Shown piece after piece: positions 1-9,289 of a DNA stretch of 64,000 bases. Position 1 is the first letter of the stretch. Every line of letters begins with the position of its first letter. The notes beneath the pieces are model-generated. The model ran no database searches. It was not told the DNA's origin and saw nothing but the letters and a program-made list of their open reading frames with translations. The DNA lies in NCBI GenBank assembly GCA_963822445.1, contig CAWGHO010000001.1, forward strand, positions 864,001-928,000, written 5' to 3'. Made by a program: the position numbers and the translations under genes. This stretch comes from an uncultured Acidobacteriota bacterium. Lineage in GTDB: Bacteria > Acidobacteriota > Thermoanaerobaculia > Gp7-AA8.

Positions 1-485
1 CAACCGGATACCAGATCTTCCGCAGCAGCAACGGAACGGGCGGCTTCGCGCAGATTGGAACGTCGGTCGGGAACAGCTACGACGACCCCACCGCGTCGGC
101 GAACACCGCGTATCTCTACCGGGTCCGCGCGACGAACGCGTCCTCCACGTCGACTGACAGCAACTACGACCTCGCCACCACGGTCGTATTCACCGATCCA
201 GTGCTCAGCACGGGTGTCAGCGTGAAGGCCGCACACATGGTTGAGTTGCGAACCGCGGTCAATGCCGTGCGATCCCTCGCCGGAATCGGCCCACCCAGCT
301 TCACCGATCCCTTGGTGGTGCCAGGCCTCGGCACACGCGCGGTCCACGTGAATGAGCTCCGCACCTACCTCAGCGCAGCGCGTACGACGCTCGGCCTTCC
401 GGCCCTGACCTTCACGGATACGCTGATCAACAATTTTCCGATGAAGGCCCTGCACGTGACCGAGATCCGGAACGGCACGCAGTAG
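1..485 (+). CDS. 3' end of a probable surface/secreted protein: FN3-like domain plus C-terminal triple-repeat domain (5' truncated by window)
   Basis: Frame open from base 3: TGYQIFRSSNG...YDDPTASANTAYLYRVRATN (FN3-like), then three xAxHxxE[LI]R repeats; TAG at 483-485. Confidence 0.75.
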   Translation, partial: TGYQIFRSSNGTGGFAQIGTSVGNSYDDPTASANTAYLYRVRATNASSTSTDSNYDLATTVVFTDPVLSTGVSVKAAHMVELRTAVNAVRSLAGIGPPSFTDPLVVPGLGTRAVHVNELRTYLSAARTTLGLPALTFTDTLINNFPMKALHVTEIRNGTQ

Positions 486-488
486 CGG

Positions 489-1361
489 CTAATCGTCGGC
501 CGCGATCGACAACAGATACTTGCCGTACGTGCTGTTCCGCAGCGTCGCGGCCATCTCGCGCACCTTCGCCGCGTCGATCGCGCCCATGTAGTACGCGACT
601 TCCTCGGGGCAGGCGATCTTCAGGCCCTGACGCAGCTCGACGGTCTCCACGAAGTTCGACGCCGCGAGAAGCGATTCCTGCGTGCCCGTGTCGAACCAGG
701 CGTAGCCGCGACCCAGTTGCTCGACGTGCAGGTCGCCGCGCTCGAGATAGACGCGGTTCACGTCGGTGATCTCGAGCTCTCCCCGCTTGGACGGCTTGAG
801 GTTCGCGCAGGTGTCCACGACGTTCCGATCGTAAAAGTACAGGCCCGTCACGGCGAGATTCGACTTCGCCTTCTGCGGCTTTTCCTCGATGGAGATGGCC
901 CGCGCCTTCTCGTCGATCTCGACGACGCCGTAACGCTCGGGATCGGGAACGCGATACGCGAAGACCGTGGCCCCCTTCGTTCGCTTCGCCGCGCGCTGCA
1001 GCGCCTCGGTCAGGCCATGGCCGTAGAAAATGTTGTCGCCGAGAATCAGGCAGCTCGGATCGTCCCCGACGAAGTCACGGCCGACGATGAACGCATCCGC
1101 GAGGCCGCGCGGCTTGTCTTGCTGGGCGTAGTCAATGCGAATGCCCCACTGGCTGCCGTTGCCGAGCAGCTTGCGGAAGAGCTCCTGGTCCTGGGGAGTG
1201 GTGATGATCAGAAAATCGCGGACGCCCGCCAGCATCAGCGTCGTCAGCGGGTAATAGATCATCGGCTTGTCGTACACCGGCAGGAGCTGCTTGGAGACGA
1301 CAGAGGTGATCGGGTAGAGACGGGTGCCGGAGCCGCCGGCGAGAATGATTCCCTTGCGCAT
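489..1361 (-). CDS. rfbA: glucose-1-phosphate thymidylyltransferase
   Basis: [49 protein letters not shown] motifs. Confidence 0.97.
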   Translation of the reverse strand: MRKGIILAGGSGTRLYPITSVVSKQLLPVYDKPMIYYPLTTLMLAGVRDFLIITTPQDQELFRKLLGNGSQWGIRIDYAQQDKPRGLADAFIVGRDFVGDDPSCLILGDNIFYGHGLTEALQRAAKRTKGATVFAYRVPDPERYGVVEIDEKARAISIEEKPQKAKSNLAVTGLYFYDRNVVDTCANLKPSKRGELEITDVNRVYLERGDLHVEQLGRGYAWFDTGTQESLLAASNFVETVELRQGLKIACPEEVAYYMGAIDAAKVREMAATLRNSTYGKYLLSIAADD

Positions 1362-1373
1362 CGGGCGCGGATT

Positions 1374-2306
1374 CTACCTTTGGCGGGCGCGAAACCACTC
1401 CAGAGTCGAGGCCAGCCCTTCCCGGATCCCGACCGGCTCGCTCAAACCGGCGATCCTGCGCAGGGCCGAGCCGTCGAGAACGCTCCGCAGCTGCTCCCCC
1501 GCCTTCGCATCGGCATGCCTGGCCGGACGCTCGTCGCCGAGGATCGAGGCCATGGCCTCGTGGAGCTGGTTCACTGAAGTCTCGATCCCCGTTCCCACGT
1601 TGTAGGGTCCGCGCAGGTCGTCGCGCTCAGCGACGGCAACGTTCGCGGCCGCGACGTCGCTGACGTACACGAAATCGCGGGTCTGTTCTCCGCTGCCGTT
1701 GATCGTCACTTCCTGGCCGCGCAGGATGCGGTCGGCGAAAATCGCCACGACTCCCGCCTCCCCGTGCGGACTCTGTCGCGGGCCGTACACATTCGCGTAC
1801 CGCAGCGCCGTCGCGGCGAGGCCGTGAACCTCGCGGAAGTAGTGCATGTAATGCTCGACCGAAAGCTTCGCGCAGCCGTACGGCGACAGCGGTCCCACTG
1901 GATGGGATTCGTCCTGCGGCGCGACGATCGGCTCGCCATAGATCGCCCCACCGGTCGACGCAAAGAGAAAGCGCTTTACGCCGACTTCCACGCATTTCTG
2001 AAGAAGCCGCACCGAGGCGACGACATTCGTTTCGGCGTCGGCACCCGGGTCGCGAACGGAGACGCGCACATCGATCTGCGCCGCCTGATGCGCGACGACG
2101 TCCGGCCGAAGCTCGTCGAGCAGCTTCAGCGTCTCCGGATTGAGCAGGTCCGCTTCGTAGAGCTTCGCCTCCCGGGGCACGTTGCGCCGGTCGCCGGTCG
2201 AAAGGTTGTCGACGATGCTCACCCGCCAGCCGCGGCTGACGAATGCCTCGGCGAGGTGCGAGCCGATGAAGCCCGCGCCGCCGGTGATGAGGATGTGTCG
2301 AGTCAT
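1374..2306 (-). CDS. NAD-dependent epimerase/dehydratase (UDP-glucose 4-epimerase-like)
   Basis: ILITGGAGFIGSH Rossmann motif, YGCAK (YxxxK), LRYANVYGPRQ; start taken at ATG 2306 overlapping the upstream stop. Confidence 0.92.
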   Translation of the reverse strand: MTRHILITGGAGFIGSHLAEAFVSRGWRVSIVDNLSTGDRRNVPREAKLYEADLLNPETLKLLDELRPDVVAHQAAQIDVRVSVRDPGADAETNVVASVRLLQKCVEVGVKRFLFASTGGAIYGEPIVAPQDESHPVGPLSPYGCAKLSVEHYMHYFREVHGLAATALRYANVYGPRQSPHGEAGVVAIFADRILRGQEVTINGSGEQTRDFVYVSDVAAANVAVAERDDLRGPYNVGTGIETSVNQLHEAMASILGDERPARHADAKAGEQLRSVLDGSALRRIAGLSEPVGIREGLASTLEWFRARQR

Positions 2307-3004
2307 GTCGCGCGGATTCTCTCCGCTTTGCCGAATAAGCGAAAGCTCGCCGCGATCAGCGCCCCGAAAACGAAGCCTCCGACGTGCGCCCACCAGGCGA
2401 TCCCGGCCACTTCCTGGGTCCCCCGAGCCGACTGCAGCGACAGAAAGCCGTTGAAGAACTGCATGCCCAGCCACACCGGCAGGAACAGCGCCGCCGGAAT
2501 CTCGGCCATGGCCCAGTAAACGACGAGAGGAAAGAGGGTGACGATGCGCGCGCTCCAGCGAAGCACGAGGAACGCGCCGAGGAGGCCGGCGATGCTCCCC
2601 GACGCTCCGATCGACGGAATCGTGGAGCCTGGAAACAGCACGGTGTGCGTCAGGCTGCCCATCGCTCCGCAGGCGAGATAGAGGATCAGGAAACGGGAAC
2701 GGCCCAGCGCATCCTCGATCGCACCGCCGAAGACCCAGAGGTAGATCAGATTGCCGATCAGATGAACGAAGCCACCATGCAGAAAGAGCGACGTAACCAG
2801 CGTGATCGCCACTTCCCACGATGCGTACTCATACGCGGACGGATTGACGAAACGCGCGGGGATGAAGCCAAAGGTGTGGATGACGCGCTCGGTCATCGGT
2901 CCCATCCCCAGCTGAGCGATGAACGCGATCACGTTCGCCGCGACGAGCGTGCGATTCACGATCGGCGTCGCGTGAGGAGGAAGCGTCGTTCGAAGCGGTA
3001 TCAA
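2303..3004 (-). CDS. rhomboid family intramembrane serine protease
   Basis: FLHGGFVHLIGN, IGASGSIAG (catalytic Ser), AWWAHVGGF (catalytic His); multiple TM segments. Confidence 0.93.
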   Translation of the reverse strand: MIPLRTTLPPHATPIVNRTLVAANVIAFIAQLGMGPMTERVIHTFGFIPARFVNPSAYEYASWEVAITLVTSLFLHGGFVHLIGNLIYLWVFGGAIEDALGRSRFLILYLACGAMGSLTHTVLFPGSTIPSIGASGSIAGLLGAFLVLRWSARIVTLFPLVVYWAMAEIPAALFLPVWLGMQFFNGFLSLQSARGTQEVAGIAWWAHVGGFVFGALIAASFRLFGKAERIRAT

Positions 3005-3005
3005 C

Positions 3006-4131
3006 TCAGCTCAGTGCTTTGCGAATCTCACGCACAACCTCGGCGATCTGCCCTTCGCGAAGCTCCGGGAACACCGGGATGGCCAGGGTCTGCTCCGCGG
3101 CCGCCTCGGATTGCGGATAGCTCTCTTTCGCGCCGGGGAGATCCGCGAAGCACGGCTGCTGCGGAAGCGTGAGCGGGTAATAGACCTCGCATCCGATCGC
3201 GGCCGCTTTCAGATGATCCATCACGCCGTCGCGCACCTTCCGCCCTTCGGGGAACCGGACGATGTACTGGTTGTAAATGTGCCGCCGACCCGGAAGCTCT
3301 TCCGGCAGCACGATGCGGTCGCCGAGGTTCGCAGCAGAAAATTCGCGTCGATAAATGTCCGCGTTGCGACGACGTCCTTCATGCCATGCCTCGAGATGCG
3401 GCAGCTTGATGTGAAGCATCGCCGCCTGCAGCGCGTCGATCCGGAAATTGCCGCCGACGTAATGGTGAAAGTACTTCGGACGCATGCCGTGGACGCGGAA
3501 GTCGATCAATCGCTTGCGCCAGTTCGTCGTCGTTCGCCGTGATTGCGCCGGCGTCGCCGAATGCGCCGAGGTTCTTGGATGGGAAGAAGGAGAAACAGCC
3601 CATCACGCCGATCGATCCAGCCCGTTTGCCTTCGTACTCCGAGCCGACCGCCTGCGCCGCGTCCTCGATGACCGCCAGGCCGCGCTTTCCGGCGATGGCC
3701 ATGATCTCGTTCATCGGCGCGCACTGTCCGAACAGGTGCACCGGCATGATCGCCTTCGTCGCCGGCGTGATGCGCTCTTCGATCAGCTTCGGATCGATGT
3801 TGTAGTCGCGCAGATCGATGTCGACGAACACCGGCCGCGCGCCGACCCTGGCGACGGTTCCGGCAGTGGCGAAGAACGAATACGCCGGCATGATCACTTC
3901 GTCGCCCTGGCCGATGCCGAGCACCATCAGCGCTTCGAGCAGGGCATCGGTTCCGGACGAGACGGCGATCGCGTATTTGGTCTGGCAGTACGTGGCGAAG
4001 TCGCGCTCGAAATCATCGACGCGCTTGCCGAGGATGAACATCTGGGATTCGTAGATCTCGGCAGTCACCCGAAGGGCTTCGTCTTTGATCGAGGCGTACT
4101 GCAGCTTGAGGTCGAGTAGCGGTATGGCCAT
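3006..4131 (-). CDS. DegT/DnrJ/EryC1/StrS PLP-dependent aminotransferase (one frameshift near 3510)
   Basis: IPLLDLK, SSGTDAL, IEDAAQA, SFFPSKNLG in ORF 3379..4131; GGNFRIDALQAA...LAIPVFPEL in ORF 3006..3509. Confidence 0.9.
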
Positions 4132-4241
4132 AGCGCGGCGCAGTGTAACCCGCTAGACGAAATCGGCAAGTGACCCGTAATTACAGGCAACTCACCCGGC
4201 GCGAATCTAGACGCGCCGACCAAAACCAGACGGAGAAATCA

Positions 4242-5318
4242 ATGAAATCGAAGGTAGTTCTCACCATCGCGGCCATCGGCCTGTTCACATTCGCGGCGAA
4301 TGCCGCGGAGATCATCATCCCCGCCGCCGGCACGGGCGCCGGCGCCAACGCCAGCCACTGGCAGAGCGACGTGCTGCTGCACAACGTCGCTCCGCGGGCC
4401 ATCGACCTGACCATGACCCTCCACGTGGGCACGAACGTCTACGGTCCTGTTGCTGTCTCGATCCCGGCGAAGAACACCCGCCAGATCACGGACGTGGTCA
4501 AGACGCTGTTCGACGTGCAGAGCGGCACTGGCGCGCTCGTGCTGCACCTCACCGACCGCGACATGAAGTACCTCGCCGTCAACTCCCGCGCCTACAACAA
4601 GCTGGGCAGCGTGGAGTACGGCCAGGACATTCCGGCCGTCCGCGCGGAAGACGCGGCAGCCGCGGGCTCGATCGCGGTCATGACCAATCCCGCGACAGCC
4701 ATCACCGATCGCTTCAACTTCGGCATCTTCGCCGTCGATACAGCAACGGTGGTCTGGGATCTCGTTCGCGCTGACGGCACGCTCGCCGCGTCGCGCGAAG
4801 TAACCTACTCCGAAGGGCAGCACGAGCAGTACAACGGCGGCATCTTCTCCCTTCTCGGCGCAACCGAAGCGAAAAGCGGCGACACCGTCTACGCGCGCAT
4901 CGAGAGCGGCAAGGCCGTCGTGTACGGCAGCTCGATCAACGACAGCGGCGACCCGACCTTCGTTCCGAGCACGGTGGCCACCGAGGAGATCCTTCTGAGC
5001 TTCGGTGTCGACCTCGATGAGAACGGCACCATCGACATCAGCGACGCGGACAACGACGGCGTCCTCGATCAGTCGATCGAAGTCATCACCTCGCTCTACC
5101 CGGCCTACTTCCGCGTGGTCGTGGAGAACGAGTTCGGCGAGCCGGTGACGCTCGAAGTGGTCGAATCGCAAGCCACGGCAACCTTCCGCGACGCCAACGG
5201 CACGATGAGCGTCGCCGCGTTCGGCAACGTCAAGAACACCACCGGCAGCATCGTGCTGAAGGCGACATCGGCGAACGGCGCGACGACCCTCCTGACGATT
5301 CCGGTGCGCTTCAGGTAA
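4242..5318 (+). CDS. secreted hypothetical protein, beta-rich, with a DxDxxG-type acidic loop
   Basis: GGAGA RBS, signal peptide [39 protein letters not shown] segment. Confidence 0.75.
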   Translation: MKSKVVLTIAAIGLFTFAANAAEIIIPAAGTGAGANASHWQSDVLLHNVAPRAIDLTMTLHVGTNVYGPVAVSIPAKNTRQITDVVKTLFDVQSGTGALVLHLTDRDMKYLAVNSRAYNKLGSVEYGQDIPAVRAEDAAAAGSIAVMTNPATAITDRFNFGIFAVDTATVVWDLVRADGTLAASREVTYSEGQHEQYNGGIFSLLGATEAKSGDTVYARIESGKAVVYGSSINDSGDPTFVPSTVATEEILLSFGVDLDENGTIDISDADNDGVLDQSIEVITSLYPAYFRVVVENEFGEPVTLEVVESQATATFRDANGTMSVAAFGNVKNTTGSIVLKATSANGATTLLTIPVRFR

Positions 5319-6501
5319 AGGTCACTTTGGCGAAGCGACGCTTGCCAACTTTCAAGAGGTAGCTTTTCCCGGAGGTCGAGTCGATTGCGTAACGCGTCGA
5401 CTCGACCTTCACGTCGTCTACAAGCACTCCCCCCTGAGCGATGAGGCGCTGCGCGTCCTTGTTGCTCTCCGCCAGTCCTGCCGCGGTGATGATCTTCGCC
5501 AGCAGCTGCGGCTCGGCGCTCGCCGGCAGCGATGTTTCCTCGATGTCGGTCGGAACCTGCCGCTCGCTGAACACGCGCCTGAACTCGGCCTCCGCCTCCT
5601 CGGCGCGCTCGGCGTCGTGAAAGTCGCGGATGATCGACTTTGCCAGCGCCCGCTTCGCGTCCATCGGATGCGAACCCGACTTCACCTCGGCGATCTGGTC
5701 CGGCGTCAGATCGGTGCAGAGCATGTAGTACTTCCACATCAGATCGTCGGAGATGGACATGATCTTGCCGAAGATCTGCGACGGTTCTTCGTCGATGCCG
5801 ATGTAGTTGCCGAGGGACTTGGACATTTTCTCGACGCCGTCGAGGCCTTCGAGGAGCGGCATGGTCAGCACGACCTGCGGCTCGAGCCCGTACTCGCGCA
5901 TCAGATCGCGGCCGACGAGCAGGTTGAAGAGCTGATCGGTGCCACCCATCTCGACATCGCATTTCAGTGCGACGGAGTCGTAGCCCTGCGCGAGCGGGTA
6001 CAGCAGCTCGTGAATGGCGATCGGCTGATGAGCTTCGAAGCGTTTGCGGAAATCGTCGCGCTCGAGGATCCGCGCCAGTGTGTACTTCGCCGCGAGCTTG
6101 ATCATCCCGTCGGAGCCGAGCGCGCCGAGCCATTCGCGATTGAAACGGATCTCGGTCTTCTCCGGATCGAGGATCTTGAAGACCTGCTTCTTGTACGTCT
6201 CGGCGTTGGCCTCGATCTCTTCGCGCGTCAGCGCCGGCCGCGTCGACTTCTTCCCCGTCGGATCGCCGATCATCCCGGTGAAGTCGCCGATGAGAAAGAT
6301 GACCCGGTGGCCGAGCTGCTGGAAGTGCTTCATCTTCCTGATCACGACGGTGTGGCCGAGGTGGATGTCCGGCGCGGTCGGATCGAAGCCGACTTTGATC
6401 GTGAGCGGCTTCCCCCGCGCGATCTTCGCCTTCAGGTCGGCCTTCTCGATGAGATCGACCGTGCCTTTGGCGAGAAAACTCAGTTGTTCGTCGAGTGTCA
6501 T
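5311..6501 (-). CDS. tyrS: tyrosine--tRNA ligase
   Basis: [27 protein letters not shown]-terminal S4 domain ending VGKRRF. Confidence 0.97.
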   Translation of the reverse strand: MTLDEQLSFLAKGTVDLIEKADLKAKIARGKPLTIKVGFDPTAPDIHLGHTVVIRKMKHFQQLGHRVIFLIGDFTGMIGDPTGKKSTRPALTREEIEANAETYKKQVFKILDPEKTEIRFNREWLGALGSDGMIKLAAKYTLARILERDDFRKRFEAHQPIAIHELLYPLAQGYDSVALKCDVEMGGTDQLFNLLVGRDLMREYGLEPQVVLTMPLLEGLDGVEKMSKSLGNYIGIDEEPSQIFGKIMSISDDLMWKYYMLCTDLTPDQIAEVKSGSHPMDAKRALAKSIIRDFHDAERAEEAEAEFRRVFSERQVPTDIEETSLPASAEPQLLAKIITAAGLAESNKDAQRLIAQGGVLVDDVKVESTRYAIDSTSGKSYLLKVGKRRFAKVTFT

Positions 6502-6523
6502 AAGAGACGGGGATTGTAGTTTG

Positions 6524-6668
6524 GGTTGCGGGGTTACGAGGTTGCGGGGTTACGAGGTTGCGGGGTTACGGGGTGGTTGTCGGGTTGTCGAGTTGTCGGG
6601 TTGTCAGGTGTGCTCGAAGCCTGACAACCCGACAACCGGACAACCTGACAACCCCGTAACCCCGCAAC
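6524..6668. repeat. nested inverted array of octamer tandem repeats (long hairpin)
   Basis: (GGTTGCGG GGTTACGR)x3, 4x RGTTGTCR, loop, 4x NGACAACC, CCGTAACC CCGCAAC. Confidence 0.9.
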
Positions 6669-6694
6669 GACATCTGCTACACTCCCCCACCAAC

Positions 6695-6742
6695 ATGTCC
6701 GCGCGCATCCATCGGCACCACCACCATCACCACGATCGGTAG
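6695..6742 (+). CDS. hisL: his operon leader peptide MSARIHRHHHHHHDR
   Basis: 15-codon ORF with 7 His codons upstream of hisZ; TACACT -10 box at 6678-6683. Confidence 0.88.
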   Translation: MSARIHRHHHHHHDR

Positions 6743-6847
6743 GGGTGCATCCATCTGTGCCCCGCCGCAAGGAAGGGGCGCACGATGATTCAGCGCGTTT
6801 GAGTCGAGAGCCTCTTCCTCAGCAGCGGGGAGGAGGTTTTTGACTTT
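6742..6847 (+). promoter_or_regulatory. His transcription attenuator (alternative helices plus terminator)
   Basis: Terminator CCTCTTCCTC-agcagc-GGGGAGGAGG-TTTTT at 6811-6841; AGGAAGGGGC (6770-6779) can pair with GCCTCTTCCT (6810-6819) as antiterminator. Confidence 0.85.
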
Positions 6848-7496
6848 ATGGCGTTCCGGTATCCAACAGGGGCACGAGCGCTGCTGATCGAAGAGACGGC
6901 CCGGCGCAGGCGCATCGAATCGCGCTTCGTGGCCGTGCTCGAAGACGCCGGCTTCGCCGAAGTCGTCCTGCCCATCATCGATTTCGCCGAGCCGTACGCG
7001 TCGATCACCGACCGCGACGCGGCGCGTAACAGCTATCGCTTCGTCGATCGCGAAGGCGAGCTCGTTTCCATCCGCTCCGATTTCACGCCGATGGTCGCGC
7101 GAGCACTCGCCCCTTCGATCGCTTCCGGCGATCTTCCCCTGCGCGTCTTCTACCGCGGCGACGTCATCCGCTGCGAGCCCTCCCGCCTCGGCGCGAACCG
7201 CGAGCTGTTCCAGATCGGCGCTGAGCTGATCGGCGACGGGTCGCCGGAGGCTGACCAGGAGATGCTGCGGCTCGTTTCCGCGATCGCTTCCGGAGCTCGT
7301 CCGCCGATCCCAAGGTCGTCGCACGAGCTTCGACGAGGCCGCCGGCTACTACACCGGCCTGCGCTTCTGGGTCTACGGCGCGGACCGCCGCACCCTGCTC
7401 GCCCGCGGCGGCCGCTACGACACGCTGTACGGCCGGTTCGGTGCGAGCGCCCCGGCCATCGGCTTCACCTTCACCGTCGACGAGTTGGAGGACTGA
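6848..7496 (+). CDS. hisZ: ATP phosphoribosyltransferase regulatory subunit, unusually short (~216 aa), frameshift near 7310-7330
   Basis: SYRFVDREGELVSIRSDFTPMVAR, RELFQIGAELIG; in another frame GYYTGLRF...ARGGRYDTLYGRFG...PAIGFTF; TGA 7494-7496. Confidence 0.82.
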
Positions 7497-8139
7497 TGCG
7501 CATCGCCATTCCCAAAGGCCGTCTCCAGGATCGCGTGCTCGCAACGTTCGCCGCCGCCGGCTACGACGTGCCATCGGACGCCGATCTGCGCACGCCGAAG
7601 GCTCGTCTTCATCCGCGGCGGCATCGAGTGGATGTTCGTGAAGGACTGCGACGTCCCGGTCTACGTCGAGCACGGTGCCGCCGATGCGGGCATCGCCGGC
7701 CTCGATCAGATTCTCGAGCACGACTGCAGCGCATATGCAGGCCGTGGAACTGCCGTACGGCCGCTGCCGCATGATGATCATCGGCGCGCCAGGCGCGCCC
7801 CGCCTGTCGCGCGAGCGGACGTCGAGAATCGCCACGAAGTATCCGCGCGTCGCGCGGCAGTACCTCGACTCCCATGCCTTCCGCGGCGAGATCGTCTCCC
7901 TCGGCGGCTCGGTCGAGCTGGCGGCCGTGCTCAACCTCACCTCGCACGTCATCGATCTCGTCGAGACCGGCGAGACCGTCCGCGTGCACCGGCTCGAGCT
8001 GCAGGACCTGGTCGCGGAGATCACGCCGCGGCTGATCGTCGCCCGCAACGTCTACCGAACCAACAGCAAACAACTGCGCGAGCTGATCGCGCGAATCGAG
8101 GATGCGAATGACACCGACTTACAGAATTGCGTCGCCTGA
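7496..8139 (+). CDS. hisG: ATP phosphoribosyltransferase, short form (two frameshifts, ~7595 and ~7735)
   Basis: MRIAIPKGRL, DVPVYVEHGAADAGIAGLD, RIATKYP, GSVELAA, IDLVETGET pieces across three frames. Confidence 0.88.
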
Positions 8140-9289
8140 AGCGGAAGCGGCCCTGCGCGAGATCGAAGAACGCCGCGCCCGCGCGAGCGAGGATGCGTTC
8201 CGCGTCGCCGACGAGATGATCGCCGGCGTGAAGACCGGCGGCGATCGATTCGTCGCCGAACAGATCGAGCGCTTCGATCGCATGCGTCTGGAAGAAATCG
8301 CGATCGCCCCGCGCGATGTCGACTGCGAGCTCGCGGACGCGCTCGAAGTGGCGATCGAGCGCGTCGAGGCGTTTCACCGGCCGCAATTGCCGGTCTCGTA
8401 TGAATGGAACGGCATCACCCATCGCGTGCGGCCGCTGCGTCGTGTCGGCATCTACGTTCCCGGCGGCCGGGCGGTCTACATCTCCACGCTGATCATGTGC
8501 GCGGTTCCCGCGAGGATCGCGGGCGTGGAGGAGATCGTGGTGGCTACGACGCCCGCCGCGGCATCGCGCGAGGAGCTGCACTACGCCTGCACGCGCCTCG
8601 GCGTCCGCACGATCTACCAGGCCGGCGGTGCGGCAGGCATCGCAGCGCTCGCGCTGGGAACCGAGTCGCTGCCGCGTGTCGACAAGATCGTCGGTCCCGG
8701 CAATGCGTACGTCACCGCGGCGAAGAAGCGCCTGGTCGGCGAAGTCGGCATCGACATGACCGCCGGCCCGACCGAACTGGTCGTGATCGCAGACGACAGC
8801 GCGAATCCAGCCTTCGTGCAGGCTGACCTCGATGCGCAGCAGGAACACGGGCTCGATTCCGCGGTGATCTGCATCTGCGTCGGGAAGCCACTCGATGTCA
8901 CGGCGACGCTGATTCTCGTCGCGTCATCGATCGAGGAGGCGGTCGCGATCTCCGATCGCATTGCGCCGGAACATCTGTCGATTCACGCGCGGAACGCGAC
9001 GAACATCGCGGCAAACGCGCGGAACGCCGGTGCGATCTACTGCGGTCCTTTCGCCGCTCCCGCAGCGGGCGACTACATCCTCGGCTCGAACCACGTCCTG
9101 CCCACCGCGGGCAGCGCGCGTTTCTTCTCCCCTCTCGGCGTGTATGACTTCGTGAAGCGGACCAACGTCGTGACTGTTTCCGAGGAGTTGTTGCAGGAGG
9201 TCGGGCCTTCCGCGGCTCGGATCGCTCGGTTCGAGGGATTGCCGCAACACGCGAGGTCGATCGAGTCGCGACAGGCGGTGCTCGCATGA
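8102..9289 (+). CDS. hisD: histidinol dehydrogenase
   Basis: VGIYVPGG, DKIVGPGNAYV, IDMTAGPTE, APEHL, GDY..GSNHVLPT; start may be 8108. Confidence 0.95.
   Translation: MRMTPTYRIASPEAEAALREIEERRARASEDAFRVADEMIAGVKTGGDRFVAEQIERFDRMRLEEIAIAPRDVDCELADALEVAIERVEAFHRPQLPVSYEWNGITHRVRPLRRVGIYVPGGRAVYISTLIMCAVPARIAGVEEIVVATTPAAASREELHYACTRLGVRTIYQAGGAAGIAALALGTESLPRVDKIVGPGNAYVTAAKKRLVGEVGIDMTAGPTELVVIADDSANPAFVQADLDAQQEHGLDSAVICICVGKPLDVTATLILVASSIEEAVAISDRIAPEHLSIHARNATNIAANARNAGAIYCGPFAAPAAGDYILGSNHVLPTAGSARFFSPLGVYDFVKRTNVVTVSEELLQEVGPSAARIARFEGLPQHARSIESRQAVLA

Noticed and set aside
1374-2819. N-terminal extensions in the ORF track (epimerase 481 aa, hisH 430 aa, hisIE 393 aa, 35873..37054, 53808..55139)
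   Set aside because: Extensions overlap neighbouring real genes; family motifs begin at the downstream starts used above.
6716-6733. His6-tag or vector contamination
   Set aside because: The His run lies in a short ORF directly before a terminator and the his operon, so it is an attenuator leader.
6848-7774. HisZ-HisG fusion ORF
   Set aside because: Produced by frameshifts; the HisZ C-terminus ends at TGA 7496 overlapping the hisG ATG.
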